Assembly: GCA_963707825.1 (NCBI GenBank)
Contig: CAVPRP010000012.1
Coordinates: 22,003 to 86,002 of the forward strand
Origin: an uncultured Acidobacteriota bacterium
Lineage (GTDB): Bacteria; Acidobacteriota; Vicinamibacteria; Vicinamibacterales; UBA2999
Length of the DNA stretch: 64,000 nt
Reading direction: 5' to 3'
The notes under the pieces were generated by a model. It saw nothing but the letters and a program-made list of their open reading frames with translations, had not been told where the DNA came from and ran no database searches. Below, one piece after another: positions 47,083 to 57,589 of the stretch; position 1 is the stretch's first letter, and every line of letters starts with the position of its first letter. The position numbers and the translations under genes are program-made.

Positions 47083-47439
47083 TCAGCTCCGGGGCTTGTG
47101 GGGGCAGGTCGCGGTGTTGATGCACTCCGGCGCCAGCCGCAGCCGGGCGACCGGTTCGCCGTGGACCAGATGGCGTTCGACGATCTCGTTGACGTCGGCC
47201 GCGGTCACCCCGCCGTACCAGACGGCGTCCGGATAGACCACCACCGTCGGGCCGTGCTCGCACTGGTCGAGACAGCCCGACTTGTTGGCGCGGATGCGGC
47301 GGTTCAGCCCGTGCTCGGCCAGCGCCTTCTTGAAGGCCTTCTGCAGGTCATCGTTGCCGTCAGGCGTGCACGAGCCGCGCGGGTGGCCGGCCGGCCGCTG
47401 ATTGGTACAGATAAAGAGGTGCTGCTCGAACGGCGCCAC
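47083..47439 (-). CDS. Thioredoxin-like [2Fe-2S] ferredoxin domain protein
   Basis: FEQHLFICTNQRPAGHPRGSC .. SGCLDQCEHGPTVVVYPDAVWYGGV. The stop lies 3 nt before the TerC start. GTG 47439 is preceded by GAGGGA; an alternative ATG is at 47520. Confidence 0.8.
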   Translation of the reverse strand: MAPFEQHLFICTNQRPAGHPRGSCTPDGNDDLQKAFKKALAEHGLNRRIRANKSGCLDQCEHGPTVVVYPDAVWYGGVTAADVNEIVERHLVHGEPVARLRLAPECINTATCPHKPRS

Positions 47440-47459
47440 GCGTCCCTCGCTCGTGGCCG

Positions 47460-47966
47460 CTAGGCCAGGCTGAGTTCGGGACGTCCCTGCAGGCCGCCCC
47501 AGGTTTCCGGATCCTGCCACAACAGGGTCCAGAAGTAGCGCGCGACATCGCCTTTGGGAAACGCGGCCACCAGCGCGGCGACGCCCTTGTCCAGGGTCTC
47601 GGTGTCGGGCGCCTTCGGCGACTCGTCCTTGATCAACCCGTCTTCGTGAGCGATGCCGAGGGCGTCGAGGAACGCGCCCATCATCGGCCGCTGGTGCTCG
47701 AGGTGGTAGGCCACCAGCAGGCGCGCCGCGAGCATGTCGGACACCTGCACCAGGCCCGCGAGATGCTTGGCCTTCTTCTCCACCGGCAGCGCCAGCACGC
47801 TCTTGGGACGGAACTTGATGTGGCGCGAAATGAGCGCGACGGCTTCGGCATGCTCGAGCGCAGCCTGTTCGTCCCGCCAGAATGCCGAGGCACCCGAGAT
47901 GCGCTGATCCACCGGCATCAGGCGCCAGAGGCGCGCCGGACGCATGTCTTCCACCGAATGCGACAT
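47460..47966 (-). CDS. Conserved-looking hypothetical protein (168 aa from MSHSVEDM)
   Basis: Intact ORF with coding-like composition. First gene of the ferredoxin-TerC run. No family recognised. Confidence 0.5.
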   Translation of the reverse strand: MSHSVEDMRPARLWRLMPVDQRISGASAFWRDEQAALEHAEAVALISRHIKFRPKSVLALPVEKKAKHLAGLVQVSDMLAARLLVAYHLEHQRPMMGAFLDALGIAHEDGLIKDESPKAPDTETLDKGVAALVAAFPKGDVARYFWTLLWQDPETWGGLQGRPELSLA

Positions 47967-48250
47967 AGGGCGCTCAGTGTACCAGACAATCTGCTGCTTC
48001 TCTCCATGCGCGCAGCGCATGCATTGGCGCTAAACGGCCGATATCAACATGCATCGCCATTCGGCATGAGTCGCATGTAGATGTTCTATTTTGCTTCTGG
48101 CATGGAACTGGGCCATAAATGCGCATGCAGCCTGCGCAATGGAACGATAGCGCCACTGGCAGCCCTTTGGTGTCGCAACTGGTGGCCGGCACGCCGGCGC
48201 CGCTGTTCTTCCGAAAGGCGATCCCGCTCGTGTCGAAACGCACCGTGCTC

Positions 48251-49558
48251 ATGTCGCTGGCTCTGGTGGCGTTCCTGCCGGTGCTGATGCTGTCGCTGCA
48301 GGCACCGGCGCCCTCGGCGCCGGTCGAAGGGCTGGTCGCCGGCGACATCGCCTGGATGCTGACGGCGTCCGGCATGGTGCTGTTCATGACGCCCGGGCTG
48401 GCGTTCTTCTATGGCGGCATGGTATCGCCCAAGAACGTCATCTCCACCATGCTGCAGTGCTTCATCGCGCTCGGCGTGGTCAGCGTGCTGTGGATTGCGG
48501 TGGGCTTCAGCCTGGCGTTCGGCGACAGCATCGGTGGAGTGGTCGGCAATCCCTTCACCTACATGATGTTCCGCGGCGTCGGCGATGCGCCGGATCCGCG
48601 CCTGTCGCCGACCATTCCGATGCTGCTGTTCGCGCTGTTCCAGCTGAAGTTCGCGATCATCACCCCGGCACTGATCACGGGCGCGTTTGCCGAGCGGGTG
48701 CGGTTCAGCGCCTACCTGATTTTCGTCTCGCTGTTCTCGCTCCTCATCTACGCGCCGCTGGCGCACTGGACGTGGCATCCGGAGGGGTTCCTCCGCCAGT
48801 GGGGCGTGCTCGACTTCGCCGGCGGCACCGTCGTCCACATGTCGGCGGGGCTGGCCGCGCTGGCCGGCGCGTGGGTGCTGGGGCGGCGGCAGAGCCACCT
48901 GTACGGCGAGACGCACCTGCCCGCCCACATCCCCTTCGTGATTCTCGGCACCGGCATGCTGTGGTTCGGGTGGTTCGGCTTCAATGCGGGCTCCGCACTG
49001 GCCGCCTCGCCGACCGCCGTCCTGGCCTTCGCCACCACCAACACGGCGTCCGCCGCCGCGATGATGGCGTGGGTGTTCATCGACTGGGTGCGGGGGATGA
49101 AGCCGTCGGCGATGGGCGCCTGCATCGGCGCGGTCGTCGGCCTGGTCGCGATCACCCCGGCCGCCGGCTTCGTCTCGATCGCCGCCAGCATCGTCATCGG
49201 CGTGGTGGCCGCGGCCGCCAGCAACATGGCGCTCTACTGGAAGTCGCGCTCGTCGATCGACGACACGCTCGACGTCTTCCCCTGCCACGGCGTGGGCGGC
49301 ATGGCCGGCATGGTGCTGACCGCGGTGTTCGCGCGCGATGGCGGCCTCATCACCGGCTCGCCGGTCCTGTTCATGAAGCACCTGGCGGCGCTATGCCTCG
49401 TCAGCGCGTTCACCTTCGGCGGCTCATGGCTGCTCTACAAACTGGTGGACCTGATCACGCCGCTGCGCGTCGACGAGCGTCACGAGCAGCTTGGCCTGGA
49501 CCTGTCGCAGCACGGCGAAAGCGTCTCGCTCTTCGACTACGACGAAGCGCGAGGCTGA
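48251..49558 (+). CDS. amtB: Ammonium transporter (Amt family)
   Basis: Intact. DIAWMLTASGMVLFMTPGLAFFYGGMV, DFAGGTVVHMSAGLAALAGA, GWFGFNAGS, DVFPCHGVGGMAGM. The start could be as early as 48119. Confidence 0.92.
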   Translation: MSLALVAFLPVLMLSLQAPAPSAPVEGLVAGDIAWMLTASGMVLFMTPGLAFFYGGMVSPKNVISTMLQCFIALGVVSVLWIAVGFSLAFGDSIGGVVGNPFTYMMFRGVGDAPDPRLSPTIPMLLFALFQLKFAIITPALITGAFAERVRFSAYLIFVSLFSLLIYAPLAHWTWHPEGFLRQWGVLDFAGGTVVHMSAGLAALAGAWVLGRRQSHLYGETHLPAHIPFVILGTGMLWFGWFGFNAGSALAASPTAVLAFATTNTASAAAMMAWVFIDWVRGMKPSAMGACIGAVVGLVAITPAAGFVSIAASIVIGVVAAAASNMALYWKSRSSIDDTLDVFPCHGVGGMAGMVLTAVFARDGGLITGSPVLFMKHLAALCLVSAFTFGGSWLLYKLVDLITPLRVDERHEQLGLDLSQHGESVSLFDYDEARG

Positions 49559-49615
49559 GCGGGCGACGCTCGCGTTGGCGGCGTCTGACGGACCCGATTA
49601 ACGTCAGAATCGGCG

Positions 49616-49624
49616 TGCTATCGT
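49616..49624 (+). promoter_or_regulatory. Extended -10-like TGcTATCGT, 7 nt upstream of the gdh ATG
   Basis: gTGCTATCGTaagccgcATG, no SD. Confidence 0.45.
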
Positions 49625-49631
49625 AAGCCGC

Positions 49632-51048
49632 ATGTCCGGACAGCCCAATTTCTTCGACGAAGTCAACACGACGTTCGACGAAGCGGCCAGGTTCACCGAG
49701 TATCCGAAGGGATTACTCGATCAGATCCGCTGCTGCAATAGCGTCTACCGGTTCGACTTTCCGCTGCGCCGCCAGGACGGCACCATCGAGGTGATCCATG
49801 CCTGGCGCGCCGAACACAGCCATCACAAGATGCCCGTCAAGGGCGGCATCCGCTACAGCCCCGAGGTCTACGAAGAGGAAGTGATGGCGCTCGCCGCCCT
49901 CATGACCTACAAGTGCGCGATCGTCGATGTCCCGTTCGGCGGCGCCAAGGGCGGCATCAAGATCGAGCCGAAGCACTACACCGTCGAAGAGCTGGAGCGG
50001 ATCACCCGGCGCTACACCCACGAACTGGTGAAGAAGGGTTTCATCGGCCCCGGCATCGACGTCCCCGCGCCCGATTACGGCACCGGCGAACGCGAGATGG
50101 CGTGGATTGCCGACACCTATGCGGCGCTCAATCCCGGACAACTCGACGCGATGGGCTGCGTCACCGGCAAGCCGGTGACCCAGGGCGGCGTGAACGGACG
50201 CCGCGAGGCCACCGGCCGCGGGTTGTACTTCGCCCTGCGCGAGGCCTGCGCGCAGAAGGACGAGATGGCGAGGCTCGGACTGTCCACCGGCCTCGACGGC
50301 AAGCGGGTCGTCGTGCAGGGACTCGGCAACGTCGGCTACCACGCGGCGAAGTTCTGCCGCGAGGGCGGCGCGGTGCTGCTGGCGATCGCCGAGCGCGAAG
50401 GCGCGATCACCAATGCGGCGGGGTTGAACGAGGAAGAGGTGTTCCAGCACCGCAAGAAGACCGGATCAATCCTGGACTTCCCGGGCGCCACCAACCTGCC
50501 GTCTTCGGCGGCGGCGCTGGAGATGGAGTGCGACGTGCTGATCCCGGCCGCGCTCGAAGGCGTGTTCACCGCGGAGAACGCGCCGCGCATCAAGGCGAAG
50601 ATCATCCTCGAGGGCGCGAACGGCCCGACCACGCCGGAAGCCGATCCGGTGTTCCGCCAGAAGGGCACGCTGGTGATCCCCGACATCTACTGCAACGCCG
50701 GCGGCGTCACCGTGTCGTACTTCGAGTGGTTGAAGAACCTGTCGCACGTGCGGTTCGGCCGGATGTCGAAGCGGCACGAGCAGGCGAACGAACTGCAGAT
50801 GCTGCGGGCGATCGAGACCGCCACCGGCAGGCCGTTCTCGGACGCCGACCGCGCGCGGATTGCCAAGGGGCCGGACGAAGCGGATCTGGTGAACTCGGGG
50901 CTCGAGGAAACGATGATCAGCGCGTTCCAGGCGCTGCTGGCGACCAAGCGCTCGCACGACCGGCGTGCCCGACCTGCGCATCGCCGCCTTCCTCAACGCG
51001 ATCCACAAGATCGCGCGCAGCTACATGGAACTGGGCATCTTCCCCTGA
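49632..51048 (+). CDS. gdh: Glu/Leu/Phe/Val-family glutamate dehydrogenase (single frame break near 50955)
   Basis: [31 protein letters not shown]. After the break, the tail [29 protein letters not shown] ends at the TGA at 51046-51048. Confidence 0.9.
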
Positions 51049-51054
51049 AACGCA

Positions 51055-51122
51055 CAAGCCACGGAAACATGGAGCGGCGGCAGCACATGGAGGCTGCCGG
51101 CGTTCCACGATTCCGTGGCTTG
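51055..51122. terminator. Nested hairpin between the convergent gdh and SWIB genes (possible bidirectional terminator)
   Basis: Outer perfect 12-bp stem CAAGCCACGGAA / TTCCGTGGCTTG (51055-51066 / 51111-51122). Inner 7-bp stem CGGCAGC / GCTGCCG (51078-51084 / 51093-51099). There is no clean U-tract. Confidence 0.45.
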
Positions 51123-51144
51123 TACGCGGCGAGAGCGCCAGAGA

Positions 51145-51504
51145 CTACTTGAGGTGCTTGCCGACCAGCTTCGTCATGTCGAACATGCTGACCTGGGCCT
51201 TGCCGCCGAACACCGGCTTGAGCTTGTCGTCAGCGTTGATCATGCGCCGGTTCTTCGCGTCCTGCAGGCCGTTCTTCTTGATATAGGCCCAGAGCTTCTT
51301 GGTGACCTCGGTCCGCGGCACCGGCTTGTCGCCGATGACCGCCGCCAGCGTTGCGCTCGGCGTAACCGGACGCATGAACGCGGCATTGGGCTTGCGGGCG
51401 GCCGCCTTCTTGGCCGTCTTCTTCACGGTCGCCTTCTTCACAGCAGTCTTCTTCGCAGCGGTCTTCTTGGCGGTCTTAGCCGCCTTCTTGGCTTTCTTGG
51501 CCAT
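51145..51504 (-). CDS. SWIB/MDM2 domain protein with Lys/Ala-rich histone-H1-like N-terminal tail
   Basis: Intact 119 aa. [38 protein letters not shown], then [52 protein letters not shown]. Confidence 0.85.
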   Translation of the reverse strand: MAKKAKKAAKTAKKTAAKKTAVKKATVKKTAKKAAARKPNAAFMRPVTPSATLAAVIGDKPVPRTEVTKKLWAYIKKNGLQDAKNRRMINADDKLKPVFGGKAQVSMFDMTKLVGKHLK

Positions 51505-51658
51505 CTGTTCTCCTTCGACGCGGAATCGGTCCTGGCGTCGTGTCCCCGTTTGGGTGGTTACAGATACTAGCGCCTTCCGGGGGCTGCGTCACTACATATT
51601 GTGTCCCTTTGCGACACTGTGAACAGGCGCCGGCCGGCGGCAGGCCGAGAAAGCGGGG

Positions 51659-51952
51659 CTAGAGGGTGCTGAAATGGGCCAGCCAGGGCCCGATCGCGCC
51701 AATCGCATAGAGGGCGGTCAGCCCGGCGAGGATGCCGTGCACGCCCCGGACGTACAGGAGAATGCCGCCGGCGGCCGCCAGCAATTTCGCGGCGACGAGC
51801 GCTGTGGCAGGTCCGACGAGCACCATCCAGGTGGCCAGCACCATGTTGCCTTCCGCCGAGACGCCGTGGGCGTCCACGGCGACCCAGGTGAAGATGCCAT
51901 CCCAGAGCTGTGCGACGAGGAAGAGGAGGAGCACCAGCCGCGAGAGCCGCAT
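51659..51952 (-). CDS. Small three-helix membrane protein (DUF5658-like)
   Basis: Intact 97 aa. Hydrophobic segments LVLLLFLVAQLWDGIFTWVAV, MVLATWMVLVGPATALVAAKLLAA and ILAGLTALYAIGAIGPWLA. Confidence 0.5.
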   Translation of the reverse strand: MRLSRLVLLLFLVAQLWDGIFTWVAVDAHGVSAEGNMVLATWMVLVGPATALVAAKLLAAAGGILLYVRGVHGILAGLTALYAIGAIGPWLAHFSTL

Positions 51953-52071
51953 GCTCCTCCCACTGCAAGAAGCGCGACTTCCGCAGAAGCCCGTTTCTCA
52001 ACGACTTACAGCGACGGAGTCTGCCTCACAGGTGGCTTTTGTCGCCATGTCGTGCCGATCACGGCAACCCG

Positions 52072-53915
52072 CTACTCTTCCTTGCGCGGGCGCATGTTGG
52101 CGGCGAGCACGCGCTTGCGGAGGCGGATGGACTCGGGCGTCACTTCGACGAGCTCGTCATCGTTGATGAACTCGATCGCCTGTTCCAGCCCGAGCAGACG
52201 GGGCGGCACGATGCGGATGGCCTCGTCGGCCGAGGACGCGCGCATGTTGGTCTGCTTCTTTTCCTTGCAGATGTTCACGTCGAGATCGTTCGTGCGCGAA
52301 TGCTCGGCGATCGATCATCCCTTCGTAGACCGTCGTCTGGGGCGCGATGCAGCATCGAGCCGCGCTCCTGCAGGCTGGCCATGGCGTAGGCGGTGGCCAC
52401 GCCGGCGCGGTCGGACACCAGCACGCCGGTCGCGCGCGCCGGGATCGGGCCGGCCCACGGCTCCCAGCCGGCGAAGATGTGGTTCATGATGCCGGTGCCC
52501 TTGGTGTCGGTCAGGAACTGCGAGCGGAAGCCGATCAGCCCGCGCGCCGGGATCCGGAACTCGAGGCGCACCCGGCCGCTGCCGTGATTGACCATGCGGG
52601 TCATCGTGCCGCGGCGCGTGCCGCACATCGAGATGACCACGCCCTGGAAGTCCTCGGCGACGTCGATGACGAGATCCTCCACCGGCTCCATCCGCTGGCC
52701 GTCGATCTCCTTGGTGATGATCTCGGGCCTCGACACCTGGAGCTCGAAGCCTTCGCGGCGCATCATCTCGATCAGGATCGCCAGCTGCAGCTCGCCGCGG
52801 CCCAGCACCTTGAACTGCTCCGGCGTGGCGGTGGGCTCGACCTTGAGCGAGACGTTGCCCAGCAGTTCCTTGTCGAGGCGCTCGCGAAGGTGCCGCGAGG
52901 TGACGTACTGACCTTCACGCCCGGCCATCGGCGAGGTGTTGATGCCGAAGATCATCGATACGGTCGGCTCGTCCACCGCGATCGGCGGCATCGCCATGCG
53001 ATGCTCGGGATCGGCAATCGTCTCGCCGATGTTGATGTCCTCGATGCCGGCCAGGCAGACGATGTCGCCCGCGGTCGCGGACTGGACTTCGACGCGCTTC
53101 AGACCATCGAAGGCGAACAGCTTGGTCACCTTGGTCTCCTGCGCCGAGCCGTCGAGCTTGCAGCACCGACGATCGGATCGTTCAGCTTCACCGTGCCGTT
53201 GAAGATGCGGCCGATCGCGATGCGTCCCAGGTAGTCGCTCGAGTCGAGATTGGCCACCAGCATCTGCAGCGGCGCTTGCACGTCGCCCGCGGGCGGCGGC
53301 ACCTTGGCGACGATGGCGTCGAACAACGGACGGAGATCCTCGCCAGGGACATCGAGATCCGGTGTCGCCGTGCCGGCGCGGCCGTTGGTGTAGAGGACCG
53401 GGAACTCGATCTGCTCTTCGGTGGCGTCGAGGTCGATGAAGAGGTCGTAGACCTCGTTCAGCACTTCCTTCGCGCGCGCGTCGGCGCGGTCGATCTTGTT
53501 GATGACGACGATCGGCGGCAGCCCGCGCTCGAACGCCTTGCGCAGCACGAAACGGGTCTGCGGCAGCGGGCCCCTCGGCCGCATCCACCAGCAGGACGAC
53601 CCCGTCGACCATCGACAGCACGCGCTCCACTTCCCCGCCGAAATCGGCGTGGCCCGGGGTGTCGACGATGTTGATCAGGATGTCGCCGTAGTGGACGGCG
53701 GTGTTCTTGGCCAGGATGGTGATGCCGCGCTCGCGTTCCAGCTCGTTGCTGTCCATGGCCCGGTCGGCCTGGCGTTCGTTGGTGCGGTAGACCCCAGCCT
53801 GACGGAACATGGCATCGACCAGCGTGGTCTTTCCGTGGTCGACGTGGGCGATGATGGCGACGTTCCGGCGGAGAGGGTTGGCGACCGTTGTCGGCGCCGT
53901 CGTGCGAGTAGACAT
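52072..53915 (-). CDS. typA: Translational GTPase TypA/BipA (frame-disrupted)
   Basis: [65 protein letters not shown]-terminal [15 protein letters not shown]. Confidence 0.93.
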
Positions 53916-53921
53916 CCTCCC

Positions 53922-53927
53922 AGTATA
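53922..53927 (-). promoter_or_regulatory. -10-like TATACT, 6 nt upstream of the typA ATG
   Basis: Minus strand reads cggTATACTgggaggATG. The GGAGG abuts the ATG, so it is too close to act as an SD. Confidence 0.4.
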
Positions 53928-54016
53928 CCGCCCCGGCCGCTCAGAACGTCAGCGAGCCTCTGACGGGCAGGATCGGCCCTCCGGACTCTGGGACGAGCCC
54001 GGGCAGAACTGGCTTG

Positions 54017-55121
54017 CTACGTGCGCTGGCGCGGATCGACGAGCGCTTTCGGCAGGCGCATCGCCTCCGCGTCGGCCAGCGCCTCGTTCAGCCGGTTCAG
54101 CGGATACACGCGGGCCCCGATCTGGCGCCACGGCACGCGACGCGCGTGCTGTTCGAGGACCGACAGCGCTCTGATGAAGTGCCCGGCTTCGCTGCCCCAG
54201 CACCCGCGAATCTCGAGGTGCTTGCGGTTGATCTGGTGGTGAGCATTGACGGTGCTGGCGCCGGCGTCGGTGTAGTGCCCGGCGATCACGTAGCGTCCGC
54301 CGTCGCGCACGACGGTCAGCCCCTCCTCCACCGCGCGCGGCGATCCCGAGGCCTCGATCACGACATCCGGCCCTCGTCCGCCGGTGACGCCCTTGATCAG
54401 CGCCAGACGCTCCTCGGCCGTGGTCTTGGAGACGTCGAGCGTCAGGTCGGCGCCCATCTTCTTGGCCAGTTCCAGCCGGTCGGCCGGGGCGCCGGTCGCG
54501 ATGACCGAGGAGGCGCCGGACAGGCGCGCGAGGGCGATGATGCTCAGGCCCACAGCGCCGGTTCCCTGCACCATCACGCGGTCGGCCAAGCCGAATCGCG
54601 GCGCGATCGATGGCATGCACGGCGGTGATCAGGCCGCAGCCGCCGCCGATGTAATCCTCGGGCGTCACGCTGTCGGGCAGCACCGCCGCCACCACCCCGG
54701 GCTCGAGGTAGATGGCCTCGCTCCAGCCGCCAAACAGCCCGTCGGCGGCCGCGTCCGTGATGCCGTAGACCTTGCGCTGGACACACTTGGTCGGGGTGCC
54801 GCTGACGGCGCACGCATAGCAGCGGCCGCAGGTGCGATGCACGTCGAAGAACACGATGCGATCGCCTTCCCGCGCTTGACGCCCGTCCGCCAGCGTAATC
54901 GGCCCGCGCGCCTTGGCCAGGCGTCCGACCGAGACGTGGCCGGGAATGATCGGGTACGGCACGCCGCTCAGCCGCCCGTGCCACAGGTGGACGTCGGTGC
55001 CGCACACCTCCGAGAACATGGTCTCGAGCAGCATGCTCCCCGGCTCGAGGTCGGGCTCGGGAAACTCGCGAAGCTCGATCGGGGCAAACGGCGCGGGCAT
55101 GACGGCGGCTACGACGGACAT
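54017..55121 (-). CDS. Zinc-binding MDR-family alcohol dehydrogenase (one frame break near 54610)
   Basis: VCGTDVHLWHG, IPGHVSVG, CGRCYACA, VQGTGAVGLSIIALARLSGA. The start is 55121 (TACCAT 7 nt upstream) or 55130. Confidence 0.85.
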
Positions 55122-55149
55122 GATCGCCATGGTAGTCCAGTGGCTGCGC

Positions 55150-55155
55150 TATCCT
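55150..55155 (+). promoter_or_regulatory. -10-like TATCCT, 6 nt upstream of ATG 55162
   Basis: cgcTATCCTgtggtcATG, no SD. Confidence 0.4.
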
Positions 55156-55161
55156 GTGGTC

Positions 55162-55386
55162 ATGCCGCTGTTCGAATACGAGTGCCGCTCCTGCCATCAT
55201 CACTTCGAGCTGCTGGTGCGCGAGTCCACCGAGTTCGCCTGCCCGTCGTGCCACGGCACGGAGCTGGAGAAGCAGCTCTCGGTGTTTGCCGTGAGCGCCC
55301 CGGGCAGCGCGCGGCCGGTCCGCGCGATGGGGCCCTGCGGGTCGTGCGGCCATCCCGACGGCCCGGGCTCCTGCAGCGTCCAGTAA
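55162..55386 (+). CDS. FmdB-family zinc-ribbon protein
   Basis: Intact 74 aa. MPLFEYECRSCHHHFELLVRESTEFACPSCHG. Confidence 0.85.
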   Translation: MPLFEYECRSCHHHFELLVRESTEFACPSCHGTELEKQLSVFAVSAPGSARPVRAMGPCGSCGHPDGPGSCSVQ

Positions 55387-55393
55387 CCCAGTG

Positions 55394-57494
55394 ATGTCGT
55401 CACTGGACCGGCTCTTCCGCCCCCGAGCCGTCGCCGTCATCGGCGCTTCGCGCGACCGCCGCAGCGTCGGCGGCGCCATCCTCCACAACCTGCTGACCTT
55501 CGAGTTCCAGGGACAGGTGTTCCCGGTCAACCCGCGAGCGTCCGTCGTCCACAGCCTGAAGTGCTATCCGACCGTCGAGGACATTCCCGACCCTGTGGAC
55601 CTGGCGGTGATCGCGGTGCCGAAGCCGCACGTGCTGACCGTGCTCGAGTCGTGCGGCCGCAAGGGCGTTGGGGCGGCGGTGGTGATCACCGCGGGCTTCA
55701 AGGAGACCGGCGAGGCCGGACAGGCGCTCGAGCACGAAGTGGTGCGCGTCGCCAGGCAGTACGGGATCCGTCTGGTCGGCCCCAACTGCATGGGCATCAT
55801 CAACATGGATCCGGCGGTCCGGCTGCAGGCGTCGTTCTCGGCGAACGAGCCCATCGCCGGTCCGGTGGCGTTCTCGTCGCAGTCCGGCGCGCTTGGCGAG
55901 GCCATCCTCGCGCTGCTGCGTGAACGCGGGCTCGGCCTCTCGATGTTCGTGTCGCTCGGCAACAAGGCCGACGTCTCGGGCAACGATCTGCTGGAGTACT
56001 GGGAGGCGGATCCGCAGACCCACGTCATCCTGATGTACCTCGAGAGCTTCGGCAACCCGCAGCGGTTCCTCGAGATCTGCCGGCGGGTCTCGAAGAAGAA
56101 GCCGATCATCGCGGTGAAGTCGGGGCGCACCGCCGCGGGCGCGCGCGCCGCTGCCTCGCACACCGGTTCACTGGCCGGCGCCGACAACGCCGTGGAATCG
56201 TTGTTCGCGCAAAGCGGCGTGTTGCGCGCGAGCAGCATCGAGGAGCTGTTCGTGTTCGCCTCGGCGTTTGCGAGCCAGCCGGTCCCCTCCGGCACGCGCG
56301 TCGGCGATTGTCACCAACTCGGGCGGGCCGGCGATTCTGGCCACCGACGCGTGCATCGAGCTGGGTCTGCAGATTCCGACGCTATCCGCTCAGACTCAGC
56401 AGCGGATTCGCGCCGTGGTCGCGCCCGAGGCGAGCGTCACCAACCCGGTGGACATGATCGCGACCGCCACGCCGCCGCAGTACGAAGCGGCCATCCGCGC
56501 CGCCGCCGAGGATCCCGCGATCGACGCCATCATCACCATCTTCACGTCGCTGGAGATGATCGACGGTCCCTCCGTCGCCCAGGGCATCGTGCGGGGCGCG
56601 GCCGGCTGTGGCAAGCCGATCCTCGTCTGCTTCATGGGGAACGTACGATCGCGCGAAGCCATCGACCTGATGCGAGGCGCCGGCCTGGCCGTCTATACGT
56701 TCCCCGAGGACGCCGCGCGGGCACTGGCGGCGATGGTGCGCTACCGGCCACTGGCTGGAACGGCCCGCGGGGGTGCATGCGCAGTTCGCCGACCTCGACC
56801 GCGCCGGCATCGCGTCGCTGGTCGCCGCGGTGCGCGCCGACGGCCGCACGCAGTTGACGCTGGTGGAGGCGCAGCAGCTGTCTCGCGCTCGCCGGCCTGC
56901 CGGTGCTGCCATGGCGCGAGGCGCGCACAGCGCGAGGAAGCCCGGGCGGCAGCCGCAGCGCTCGGGTTCCCGGTGGTCGCCAAGGTGAGCTCGTCGGTGA
57001 TCGTGCACAAGTCCGATGTTGGCGGCGTGCGCGTGGGGATCGACTCGGCCGACGCGGCGGCCGAGGCGTTCGACGGGATGATGCCGAAGGCGCGCGCGCA
57101 CGATCCGCGGGCGACCATGGTCGTGCAGCAGCAGGCCACGGAAGGCACCGAGGTGATCCTGGGCGCCACCCGCGACAGCAAGTTCGGGCCGCTGCTGATG
57201 TTCGGCCTCGGCGGCATCTTCGTCGAGGTGATGAAGGACGTGGTGTTCCGGATTCACCCGCTGTCGGATCGCGACGCGCACGACATGATCCGGTCGGTGA
57301 AGAGCTTCCCGTTGCTGGACGGCGCGCGCGGCCGCCCCAAGGCCGACCTCCAGGCGCTGGAGACCGTCATCCTGCGGCTCGACGCGCTGATGGCGGCATG
57401 CCCGGATATCGCCGAACTGGACATCAACCCCCTGTTCGCGGGTCCGGTCGGGGCACCGACGGCGGCTGCCGACGCTCGAGTGTCGTTGAGTTAG
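55394..57494 (+). CDS. ADP-forming acetyl-CoA synthetase-family protein (CoA-binding + ligase-CoA + ATP-grasp; frame-disrupted)
   Basis: LFRPRAVAVIGASRDRRSVGG, GPNCMGIIN, SQSGALGEAIL, SHTGSLAG, IVTNSGGPAILATDA, and the ATP-grasp part GFPVVAKVSSSVIVHKSDVGGVRVG..LDINPLFA. Confidence 0.85.
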
Positions 57495-57532
57495 CGCCTG
57501 GGCCGCGGGCTTGGCGTTGCGAAACAGTTTAA

Positions 57533-57589
57533 TTTGAGTATTCAAAAAAATTAGCCAAACACCCAAGAAATGTGTTTTGATTACTCAAA
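57533..57589 (+). promoter_or_regulatory. Two copies of the dyad TTTGA-N4-TCAAA in an AT-rich island upstream of the TonB-dependent receptor
   Basis: TTTGAGTATTCAAA (57533-57546) and TTTGATTACTCAAA (57576-57589), centres 43 bp apart. The second abuts the ATG at 57590. Confidence 0.45.

Noticed and set aside
46228-47463. 411-aa + strand ORF rich in His/Arg/Asp
   Set aside because: It lies antisense to the clearly recognisable TerC and ferredoxin genes and has low-complexity composition. This is the usual long antisense ORF of very GC-rich DNA. The same applies to 48086-49381 (antisense to amt), 58275-60191 (antisense to the TonB receptor), 40794-42179 and 61895-63001.
48098-48116. Sigma-54 promoter (CTGGCATGGAACTGGGCC) upstream of the ammonium transporter
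   Set aside because: GG and GC are separated by 11 nt rather than 10, and the -12 region reads TGGGC instead of TTGC. With indel-prone sequence I cannot rescue it, and I could not define an NtrC-type dyad.
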